Below are positions 26,201 through 38,200 of a DNA stretch of 64,000 bases, one piece after another (the first letter of the stretch is position 1; every line of letters begins with the position of its first letter). The notes under the pieces are model-generated. The model searched no databases. It saw nothing but the letters and a program-made list of their open reading frames with translations, and was not told where the DNA came from. The DNA lies in NCBI GenBank assembly GCA_050084985.1, contig JBITNC010000001.1, positions 191,828,001 through 191,892,000 of the forward strand. Reading direction: 5' to 3'. Made by a program: the position numbers and the translations under genes. The stretch is from Nageia nagi. Lineage: Eukaryota; Plantae; Pinophyta.

Positions 26201-29200
26201 GCTACTTGCGCAATTGGAAGAGCAAAGGCCAGTTATTGAACAAGCAGCAGCAACAAGTAGACCAATTGATGCCAATTTTTGTAGAGAATATTGGTTCAAT
26301 TTGGGATGTCACATCAACTTTTGTAAGAGAGTAGCAAATTGATGTATCCTTGCACAACTCTTTTTCAAATTAAAGCAAAGACTTGAGTTTGAAACTTTTC
26401 ACATTGGTGTTATTGATTGATTTTTTGAGAGCACTCATAGTGGGTTTGTGTACTTTTGATTTTTTCCTTTGAAAGCTCATGAGCTTTAGGGAAGTTATCT
26501 CTGAAAAACTTTAAAAGTGCTTGAAGCCTACCAATTCTTGTTGCTTGATCCTTAACACACAAGTTGCTTGGGTATTCTATGTCAGATTTCTACTTCTATT
26601 ACATCTTCTTAAGTCCTTCATTCAAAACCATGATCCACCCATGTTGAAACTTTTTGTTTCCACCCATTTGACGTTCCTCCCTGCTCCTCTTTGAAGCAAT
26701 TTGAATGTTAAGTTGTTTGCTTGGAAGGTTGGATGAATTGGATGAAGAATCTTTAACCGATTCGGAAGAGATCAACTCTTAGACACTTTCCGTCAATGAA
26801 CCTCAAACTCATATCTGACCAAGTATCCCTTCTTTCTCCAAGGTGTTGTCCTTCACCTTTTACTGTATTATCTTTATGCTTTCACAACCCAAATATAATT
26901 CTTAAATCCACACACAAAAGTTTTGAACAAACTCTATACATCAAAGAATAAAACATCGTTGGTTAACAGACTACATAACTCTCATTCCATTCCATTGAGG
27001 TTGATTCCAAAGAGGGATACCGCACCTTTTATTTATCTATCCCTATTTAGAAAACACACTTGGCATACACAACTTAGAACGTTATGACGTTGTGGTTGCT
27101 GAGCAGGGTGTTGTAACAAGAGCCTTGGAGGTACATAGTCCTTTTCAACTGTGGGAATTGGTAACGCATTCCCAACTATGTTGCTTGGGATCTCCTAAGT
27201 TCCGCCCATGATATTCATTGTCCCGTGCGGGAAAGAAAAGCATCCCAACAAACGGTGGCTAGAGGAGTGGTAAGGTTGGGAGCTTGACATTCTAAGGCTT
27301 AGGTGGGTCACCTAGCCCATTTGGTGGAATTCCGAGGACGAGCTTCTACCTTCGGTGGTTGCCAGAATTCGAGGAGACTCCTTTGTAGGAGGGGATTTGG
27401 GTTGCTGAGGAAGTTAGTCTAATCCCATTGTGTGTTCGGCTTGTGAGGGTTTGGAACCCTAGATTTGTGATCGTACCTCCACTATACCTCTATGGTATCA
27501 CATTGTCCCTCATAATAAAGGATAGCTCATTGTGCCCCTCATTGTTGTGTTGTTCCATTGTGTTCATGCATGAGCCCTTGAGGCATATGTTTGTGTTGTG
27601 TAATCCATTGTATTGCATGCATTGGCTCCATAGCATTGTATAATCCATTCATAGATATATATTGGTGTTGGAAGCCTCCGTTTATGTTGTTGTGGGCATA
27701 TGTTGGTCTTGTTGTTGCATTGTGTGCCCTAGAGGGCTAACGTCAGGTTGTGGATGTGCGTGGAGACCTTAGGAGGCTCATGTTTGCATTGTGGTATGTT
27801 TAGGTGCCCTAGGGGCCCAACGTTGGGTGTTGAGGGTTGTGGAAGCCCTAGTTTGGTTTGTTTTTGATTGAGTGTTAATTTGGATCTTCACAACAATGGA
27901 GCCACCAATAATTTCATTTATGAAACATTTGTCCTTCGAAGATATTTGAAGAGAGTTGAAACCAAGGAATTTAGAATCACTAATGCTAGGGGGTACCATA
28001 CATGGTGCAAGTGGATGATTAAAGACCTTGAAATGACCATTAGAAGCTACACCATTCAAGTCAACTTCTATGTTTATCCCATGGGTGGTTTTTATCACAT
28101 TATATTGGGAGTTCAATGGTTGTACCAATTGGGAGATGTCTCTTTCAATTATCGAAAGTTAGATATAAGTTTCTTTAAGAAAGGAATGAAGATCACATTG
28201 AGAGGCATCAATGCTACACATCCTTTGACAGCTGTTAATAGATTAGAGAGCACTTATGGGGACTGCATGGAGGAGACCTTAGAGAACACTTTAATCAGCC
28301 ATAGCACCTCTCCAAATAGAAATAACAGTATCAGCAGCAGTAACCTCAGTATGAACAAAGTCCAAGGGGAGCCATGGTTAACAAAGATCAGTCCTAACAC
28401 CTACGCTTCATGGGGTGGCAACCCTACTGATTTTTGCAGTAGTCTATTAGGTATGGTTTCACCTCTTTGAACTCTACTCAAATTTGGATGCAAGCAGATG
28501 AAACATAGTGTCACAAGGTTATTCCATGCAAAGTCTAAAAGGAACAATATTTGCAGCAGTGATTCCAAGGTAAAAGAAGGTCAAAAGCAACTATCCTTGA
28601 CAAAAAACAGTCCAAACATCATCTCTGAATTTTGTGACAGTATCCTAGAAGATAAAGACACACATTGGGGGGCAAACTCAGTCATTTTGCTTTTCTTAAA
28701 TTAATGTTTCACATGATAACAAGAAACACATTTGGGATGACATATACGTTGATTTGGGACAGCCAAGTATGATGATTTTAAGAAGAGATGTGCTCTATGC
28801 CTTGTTTGATGGAGATTGCAACATGATAAGGGTGAAAAATCAGACCTTGCCACTTCAGTCCATGAATGAACAACAACAAAGTAGAACTCTATGATGATGC
28901 TGTTGGTATGTTTTCCTTTCCTCCTAAGCAAGGTTGCTAGCAATACTGGGAATGGACTCAACAACTTAGGTGAAGTAGCGTTATCTACTCCCACTTGAAA
29001 GGACTCTCTACTCCAAGGTTTCTTTTGGTGTCACTAGGACTTATAACTTGTCACTTTTCTCTTTATAGCTTGTTTGATCATTTGTGAATCTTGGAGTAGC
29101 TCAATTGAGGAGAGATGCAAGCCATCAACCTGTATATAAGGGCTCTAGAGTTTGTTTTCTGGTTAGGGAATGTCTTCTTGTTTTACTGAGATTCATTGAA

Positions 29201-32200
29201 ACTTAAGGTCATTTCAGGATTTAGCAGCAGCGAAAGTGAAAAAGAAAAAAAATAAAAGGTGAGGGGGGCCTAGGAAGTTAAAGTCAAGCTAGTAAAGAAA
29301 CATCCATCAGTGATGCAATGTATCAGCAGGTCATCTCCGGATTCATTAAGAAAAATGTATTCACTATCAAGCCAGGCAACAAATAGCAATATGCGCTCAA
29401 ATCACTACTAGCCGAGAGCAGGAAGCTGTAGGGTCTTGGTGGAAGACTCAATAGAGTGGTGTAAAAGAAAATGATGGTGTGAATGCACAAGTCTTACCGA
29501 ATGACATAGAGACAAGCTATACGCCCCAGAATACATATACTTATATGCAAATCACACAATGAATAATTTATACCACTTCACAAAATATTCAACTATCTCC
29601 TCTTAAAACTCATAGTTTTCAAAGAGAATGCACTTAAGCAGTAAAAATTATCCAAACTGGTAAAAAAATCTTACAAGATAATATGCATAATCCCACGAAA
29701 CGGAGGCTCCAATTGCATTAATCTTCAAAGCAATACTTCAAAATAGAAAATAGTTTTCAGAAGGATAACTCTTCTATAGCATATCAAACTCTTCTATCTA
29801 ATTGTCACACCCCCTCTTCTCCTCTCAAAAAAAACCTTCCTTTACAAAATGACCCTAGTCGGGTACTTAAAGTTTCAAAAAGGTAGATGCAATAAATGCG
29901 GTGTTGCTCTAATCTTGCCCTAAAGGCATCAAATCTAATATGGAAATAAACATCAAATCATCACAAATATCTATGCTACCTCGGCTGCCATGGCATTGAA
30001 TAACTGACAAAAAATAAATGCCAATGTTGGTTATTTAACATGCATGTCTATTATATGAAAATGAAATCTGATACGGCCATGAAGTCTGACATTTGAGCAA
30101 GTGGGAGCAAACTCATCCACACACCGATCAAATCAATGAAATGATAGTTTTCAGAACCCCATAAATGCATATGAACTGAAAAAGAAAAGTGGGCAGATCA
30201 AATTTGCAAGCAAATCAAATCCATGAGCGAATCAAATTTGCAAGCAAATCAAATCTGCCCTGAATTTGCCTTAAGCTCCGTAGATTTCAACTCCTCCTTG
30301 GTGATGTCAGATGGTGGGCTCAATCTTGAATGTCTTGATGTGCTTTGAGAGAAGTCTTGCTAAAATGGGGCCTGTGTAAATTTTTTTTTTTTATTTGTAT
30401 ACAATACTCTAGCATATCCATCAACTGTCTCAGCATGTAACTATACTCAGACTGAAAACTTTGAACATTCTGTATCACTTCCCCTGTCCAAATGGCTATT
30501 TGGCAACTTAACCCTTCAGATGTGTTTTGCACTGTCTTCTATAGTTGTGGCTTCCATAGATATTCAATCACCAAGCCTCTTGAAAAAATACCTCTAGTGT
30601 GTTCCACAGAAAAGGAGTCTTGCATAATATTCATAGGTCTTTTCTTCTAAGGCAAGTGGCATATGCATGGAATAAATGTCAATGCTTGGGACATGTGGCA
30701 GGCTTCAATTTGCTATAGAACAGGTTCAATGTATGTCTTCTATGCTTCGGTGCACCGTTTTTGGTACTCTATGAAAACCATGCATAATCGCACCAAAACA
30801 GAGTAGTGCTTTTCCATGCATTAGAAAAATTATGCCTCCAAATTTGGTCTCACCGTTTTGAGTGAGTTTGTTTGCATCGTTTTGGAGGGGTGCTTTTCAT
30901 ATCCATAATGCATGCGCCTACCAATTTGATGTAACAAATGACTTAGCCAAATTTTCTTTCAAAATTAACCCCTTTAGTGCAAAAAGTGATCCAATGCATG
31001 TGAGGACACTTGTCTACCCCACAGTTTATGCTCAATTTCTCAATTACATAGCCAATTTTAGCACCCTCAAGGTTGGTCGCACCGTTTTGGAGGAGTGCTT
31101 TTGCACTCAATGAAAAGTATGCCCAGTCATACTGTTTTGGAGGAGTGCTTTCGCACTTTAGTAAAGCTAGATGCCAAATGAGAATGAAGTGATACAAAAT
31201 GAACTAGCATGCTGCCTTTTATACTATGTAGTCTCCAACGGACAAGTTTCACATGCCAATTAGTGCAAAAAGTGATCCAATGCATGTGAGGACACTTGTC
31301 TACCCCATAGTGTATGCTCAATTTCTCAATGACTTAGAGCCAATTTTAGCACCCTCAAGGTTGGTCGCATCATTTTGAGAAGTGCTTTTTCACTACACAA
31401 AAATGGTGCGCTCAAGTTAAAAAATTGGTCAATTTTTCCAGAATGGGCCAGAATGATCTCAGAATGCATGGTAGCAACTAGTTGATGTAGAAATGCATAA
31501 TTTCAAACCTCAAAATGTATGAATTTCCTGTAAAAATGCAGATTTTTACCTAGTCGCACCATTTTGAGTGAGCGCTTTTGCACTGTTTTGGAGGAGTGCT
31601 TTTGCACTGCTTGAAACGTATGCCCAACCGCACTGTTTTGGAGGAGTGCTTTTGCACTTCTTGAAAAGCATGCCCAATCACATTGTTTTGGAGGAGTGCT
31701 TTTTCATGCACAAAAAATGATGCGACTGGGTTTCGGCACACCTCTTGAGACCAAAAATCTGCAAAATGACAAAAAATGCAAGTTTGACATAGGTTGCACG
31801 TTTTAGAGGATGTGTTTTTTCTCTCTTGGCTCCACACAATGCTCTAGACAATTTTGCAAACAGAATGACTGAGGCTGACTTTCCTTTTATAGCCTTCCGG
31901 ATAAGATAGGTGTCATCACATGATAGGTGCAAGAAGGGGTCGAATGCATGTGTTTCCACTTGGCAACAATCTAGACCCAACACTTAGCCAATTTTCACCT
32001 CATGAATTTTGTCATACGGTTTGAGTTGGGTGCAAAAGCACTCACTTGAAAGCATGCGACACGCCTTTATTGCCTCAAAAATGGCTAAGTCCCTTTTTCT
32101 CTTGGTCGCATGGATTTGGATGGGTGCAAAAACACTTGTTTGAAAACATGCAACAAGCTTTGTAGGTTCCGAAATGGCTAAGTATAAGTCTCTTCCTCCT

Positions 32201-35200
32201 TGGTCGCATGGATTTGGATGGGTGCAAAAGCACTCACTTGAAAATATACAACAGGCTTTCCCAAAAAAATGCTAAGTATGAGAGGCCCCAGTCCTAGTCG
32301 CACCGTTTTGGGTGGGTGCAAAAGCACTCACTGAAAAGCATGCGACAGGCTGAAAACACATTTTTTTGGCTTGAATTCCGACCAAAATGACTTTAAACAT
32401 GAAATGCAATGAGGGAGAAATGAATTTCCGTAGTATGAGGGACCCTGAAAATGTGACTTTAAAACCAAAAATGCAAGTAATGAGTATGAAAATGCAGCAT
32501 TAGGCTAGTAGCATCGTTTGGGGGGTGTGAAAAAGCACATCCCTCAAAACATGCGATAGAGGAAAAATGCATATTTCTGATTTGACTTGACCATGAATGT
32601 GCAGTTTTAACATATTTCCTGAAACTAGACCAAAATGCATACATTTCCTTGGACAAATGTTACTCCATGCATTGTTCTTTTATTTTGAGGGTCCTCAAAA
32701 TGGAAAATTTTGGGGTGTGTTGTGTAGGCACAACAAATCCAAAATTAAAATTCAACCACAACTATCAAATTTGGACCATCAAACCCTGACGTTAGGTCTA
32801 GGGCACCAACATACAATCATACAATGTAATCATGCCAACGTTAGGGTTAGAGCAACCAATATGCATCACAACAATGTAATCATGCCAACGTCTAGCACAT
32901 ACATGCAAACAACAATGAACAATACATCATAATGCCAACGTCTAGCTCACATATGCATAATCTAATCAACAATATATCATAATGCCATCGTGTGGTAAAT
33001 ACAAGCATACACAACCACAAAGATCCAACACATGCACAAGATGAAGCAATACAACATAAGCATGAGATCCAAATGTCCTCTGGCTATACAAATGATATGA
33101 AATGATAGCAAGTACTATATCAGGCCCTAATGGGCAGTCGTTGGCCTCCAAGGAGCCAACTAGGGCACAATGTCAAATATCCTCAACACTGGACGAACCA
33201 CGAAACCATGGGATAGATCTGCTCCCTCAGACCTTGAATCCTCTCCACTGAAGGAGCCCTCCTTGAACTCTGGATAAGCAACTGAATGGTAGAAGCAAAT
33301 CCTCATAATTCCACTGGATGGGCAAAGGTGCTCCACCAATGCCGTAGACAGACAAGATCCCTCAACCTAAATGTCCTCTAAACGCTCCGCCTAGGAAGAG
33401 TTGCGTAGCACTGCTAAGACTTGTGTCCGAAGGACTATAGTAGAAGTAATAATGATCAATGCTATCTAGTAATGAAGCTCCAGTGTCTGTTTATACATTA
33501 TCTCATGTCCGGATCTCACCTAGGAGTCATCCTAGGCCCATCTAATCCAATGTTGGGCTTTTGGGGGGCCCAATCACTTAAAGTGCCAATGTGGGGGTCC
33601 TGGGGCCTTCATAAGCCAACGTGGGGGTGTGGGGTCTTCCCTAGTGTGGCGCTAGCATGCAGTTGGCCGTCCAACATTCTAATGCATAAATACACCTTGG
33701 GATTCCCACAATCCGGGATCTCCAATACAATAAATGTCTAATCTACCATTTAGGAGGGAGACGTCCCACTTAGGGCTCACAATGGGGTCCATTGGCCCAT
33801 TAAGTCTTCTATCCTAATTTACAATTATAAAGTGTAAATACATGTATAAAGTATATTACAAAGAGAAACCTTTCTAACCCCACAATTAATTACAATTATT
33901 CAAAAGGGATATCACAAACTCCATTAAGGACGATGTTTCATATGATTAATCTTTATGTTTTTAATCAAGATATGAATTTTCATAAATCTCCTTTAAAGTT
34001 TATTGGCACCAAATTCACATCACTTCTTTATGATCTATGCACAATCAAGTATAGCTTAGTTTGGGAGAGTTTGAAAAATGTGGACTGAAGACTGCTGCGA
34101 ATGAAGAGACGAGTTTGTGGACTCAAAAGTCAGTCCACTATTGATTGATTTATACACAGTTTTGGATGAGCTCAGCCCCTTTAAGTGCAGTATAGTTTAC
34201 AAAAAAGACAAGGCATCAAATCTCAATGTAAACGAAGAATTTGGGAAGCATTTTCCAAACACTACAGTCACCAAATCAGACTTATCCATCAGCAAAATAA
34301 CTCAGGCTTGCACTTTCTCGGTGACCGTTCTTCACAGCCTTGAAGCACCAAGACTTTGGGACCAGTCTGAGTCAATACACAAGGATTGGTGTTTGGAATA
34401 CATGCATCATCAACAACATTTCTTCTCTACATTTCATTGGATAGCTGCTTCAATGATTGCATTCTCTTGGCACCAACAAAAGACTGCTTTGAAGGACATT
34501 TGGACAGTTTAGTAGCACAGTAAAAGACAAGCATCAGTTTTGGGTGTATCTAGAATTGCTCGAGGGAAAACAATTTGAGGAGGGAGGACTTGTAATGTTC
34601 CCAATTTGAGACATTTAGAAGTCATCCTTTATGCTTATTCACTTTGACTTTTAGTACTTAGATTAGGAGTCTTTTATTTGCCATTTAATGTATTTTAATA
34701 TTCATATTTGTGTCTCATAAGGCAGCGCTCAGTAAAAGCAATATATAAACTTGTATTGGCCAAGTTGAAGGGCCACTTTAATATATTATGCCTCCTACCC
34801 CTAGTCGGCCATCTTGGAGAAACTCGAGGACAATTTAATATTATATTATTCCCTCCTCCTTGGTTGGCTAGCCTTGGGAGAGATTATTAGCATGTTTGGA
34901 CATCTATAAAGGCAAGACATGTGCATCACAAGAAGACATCATAATTTGGCATTTGATCTTTGATCTCTTGGAGTTGGGGCTACTCCCCTCTCTTCCTTCT
35001 ATGGTCTAAGGTTGCTCCCTATCCTAGAAGTGGCATATTCACTATTATCTACACTTGAGAAGCTTGCACCATCATTGAAAGCCATTCTAGCTCGTGCGCT
35101 AACCTTTGGGAGACTTGTGCCAACCTTTGGGAGACCTTGGGAGACTTTCGCCATCCCTCTTATGCTCTTGCAGTCTTGCGCTAATTTTTGAGAGTCCTTA

Positions 35201-38200
35201 TTGTGCATTTTGAGAGTCTTGGGCAATTACAGTCCTATGCTTATTCTTGGTTATTATTCATGATATTTGGCTCTCATATTCATCATTTTATGTGGATGAA
35301 TGCTCTTCTACTACTACTGTACTGTTATCAATATTCGTGCATGGGAATGTATGAGAATTAGAGTGTTTTGGTAGCATAATATTGTTACATAGCAGATTTG
35401 CAATTGTGCCTAGTTTGGGTAATTTCATATGTTACATAAACATCATTACTGTTATATATCAGATCTGGTTACTGTTGTGATAATTCAGTCTTGGAAGTGT
35501 TATTGAACGAATGATAAGCATTTACAGTTTTGCCCTAGTTGATGAATGAATGTGGAATTGGAATAAGATAATTGTGCATGTTAAGGTTAAGCCCTAGATG
35601 GGTACATTACATGTGAACCCTAGTTGTAGTCAAATGAGGGGCTTGGATAATTCTAGAGATGATTCTTATCTTCGAGTGATTTTTGATGCTGATTTTGAAA
35701 ATGATAGTTCTACTTTGTATGATGATAGAACAAATGCACTTGGATAAACATTCTGGAATGATACGTTTCAACTTTGGAGGTTTGTCGAGGCTTGAGACTA
35801 GAACATCCATGTTTTGGTCCTACAATGCTAGAGTGCTACACATTTTGGTATTTAGTGCTAGAATGTTGGGCATTTAGAATTTGATGCCAAAATGTTGGAT
35901 GTTATAGTGTTCATTTTTATCTATGTTTTGAGCTTTCAACCTCTTTGATATTCCTAATGATTTTGTTGTGCTAATTGAAGATAGTTGATGAGAATTGCTT
36001 GCCTCTTTAATGTTTTTTTTCTTCTGTTATCATGATTGATCTCATCCTTGAAATGAGCACTTGGGAGTTCTATATATAGGTTTAGAAATTTTTATTTTGA
36101 GTTCACCTAGGTGGACCCATATAGAGCAAGGTGCATACAAGATAATGCTAACTCAGAGAATTTCACTTATGTTAAGTCTTAAATTGGCCAAAGTGGGTCC
36201 AAATTAACATGTTGCATAAATCAAGCAAATCCTTGAAATAAAATCATTTGTCAATAGTTAAAATGCAATTTTAAGTATTTATAACTACCACTATAAGTGT
36301 GGGTGGAGAATAGTAGGTTGTTTTTTCAAGACCAAATGCCTTTGTCAATCTATTGGATTTTCTATTTGTAGAGTCCCTCCTTTCATAAACTCCTTAGATG
36401 CTCCTCCCTTGTATAATACAAGTCACTTAATGAAGTAGACAAAGTGGACATCTCTAAACACTATATACATGTAATTTCCTCCATATTGATGATGGGATCA
36501 CTACTTCTTTAGCCTATATTGAATGTCATAAGACTCATGGCTTACAAATATCACTTGGCGAACAGAAAGTTTGCTTTTGTCAATTGTGAGTAGATATAGG
36601 TAACCACATTCCTGGAAAGAAAGCAAAATATAGTAATGTTAGTGGGTGATCAAATTAGGTCAATGGGACTCAAAAGTTGTAATGTCCCAAAAACGAAATT
36701 ACAGAAATACAAGTATAGAAAAAATACAGAACTGAAATATTACTCAAAAGACACCCAAAAATGAGTAATAACCAGCCAAGAGAATATATTAAAACATTGC
36801 AAGACAATACATGCGCTGGAATAACCAAGGGCATCACAAAATAACATCAAAATGCATATATAACACCCTTGAAATGCCACGAATCTCCTTGGGACTATTT
36901 TTGTGTTTTTAGGGCAATCAAGAAATTGCCAAAGATCCCAACCATACACCTTCAATGCACTTTGGGGTGAGCAAGACCTTCAATCTTCACTCAAAGAAAC
37001 TCAAGGGTTTTAGATTTCAATATCAATATTATCAATAACATGCCCAAAATGGAGCGTTGCACCTCCTTATATAGACTCTAACCCTAATTTTGCATTGACC
37101 CGTCTAAGCTAATCTAAGCCATTGATTGGCTTTATTACAAATAAAAGTACTTAAAATAACATAAAAGCTTATTATTATCCAAAGTTGCACTTTTAAGTAG
37201 AAATCCACTAAGTTAAGTGGACTTTTGTGTGTGGGTGCGATATGGAAAATTGGTCCCACTTGCGAACTTTACGTAGCCATAACTCCTTCATTTATTGTCC
37301 AAAAGGGGTCGTGTGACCTCTTAAGACAAATGCCACAAGATGCTCTATCCAATTCTAAAGGTGCAACGTCCATATCTGACTAGTAGAAGAAGATATTTGT
37401 GAAAAATCCCAATACAATATATTATCAAAAATAGGGTCATTACAAGTCCGCCCTTCTCAAATTGCTTGTCCTCAAGCAATCCCAACACTAACTCTACCCT
37501 GCTCAGCTAAAACAAATTTAAATCATCGATGATACCAGGATCCCAAACAATTTTACCTAAGACAACTTTACCAAAACTATCCCAAATCCGTCTCAAGCCT
37601 TCATATGCCTCAAAACTGAGTGAAGATAAGTCTGATTTAACTCAGGCCAACCAAAACTGAATATGAAACAGGTATGGTTTCTTCAATACGGCAGTGAATG
37701 AAGACTGTTGAAACCTCCCAAAAATATCTAAAATCATTCCTTCATTGTTTTCCATAGTTGTACTATGCATAAAAATGATAAAATTAGCAGTAGTAGCAAA
37801 TGTGTCAATGAAATAAGAACTAGATAATGGAATTACAGCAGTCATGTTGTTAGCATCTTCAAAGTCACATATGAAGTCCAATAACTCTTGTATCAAGCAA
37901 TGGCGGATATTGAAGACTTCATCAAAAGCAATTTTCTTTACCAAAAACAACCGACATACCTCCTTACATGTCCTTTCATACTGCTGTTTCAAAACTGAAT
38001 TGAGTGTGCATATCAAAATCTGAGACTTATTCTTCAAATTATGTTTATTCCCAAAATAAATACAACCCAAGCTTCCAAAGGCTGAAATTGCATTCCTCAA
38101 ACTAGCCAAAACTGAAATAGTAACCTTCTAACCCAAATCAAAGCAATGATGTTCATGAAAGCAAGTCATACCTCTAAATGTGGCAAAAGTCCATATTGCT

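Larger units (their letters stand above)
19246..27250 (+). mobile_element. Element J: giant-LTR TGTTG family; LTR 19246-24206, accessory ORF fragment 24207-26315, second copy of LTR 3' end 26316-27250
   Basis: tgttgtgcctgcacaaca...catcccaaca; TSD gacgg/aacgg; 23266-24206 repeated at 26316-27250. Confidence 0.87.
18582..27892 (+). mobile_element. Element D: A-family solo LTR (18582-19245 + 27256-27892) interrupted by J
   Basis: tgtgatgtcc...ggatcttcaca termini; perfect TSD acaat (18577-18581 / 27893-27897). Confidence 0.88.
17670..28470 (+). pseudogene. Tandem double aspartic-protease ORF of element C (17670-18581 + 27898-28470), split by insertion D
   Basis: AP1 VLIDGGATHNFV...VVLGVQWL; AP2 ALIDN|GATNNFI...IILGVQWL; removing D plus one TSD copy restores one 494-codon frame. 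Confidence 0.88.
28890..33916 (-). mobile_element. Element I: A-family solo LTR (28890-28900 + 32736-33916) interrupted by H
   Basis: Perfect TSD aactc (28885-28889 / 33917-33921); 32736-33916 is reverse-complement homologous to 6681-7900. Confidence 0.83.
17090..35611 (+). mobile_element. Element C: 5'-truncated Gag-AP-AP family element (same family as G) hosting nested insertions D/J and I/H
   Basis: Pieces 17090-18581, 27898-28889 and 33922-35611 are collinear with the reverse complement of 53286-57600; PPT gaggagggaggact; 3' LTR 34591-35611. Confidence 0.85.

Noticed and set aside
16068-35611. A single intact element from 16068 to 35611
   Set aside because: The left LTR fragment does not match the 34591-35611 LTR, there is no PBS, and the flanks tatat/tgtga are not a TSD
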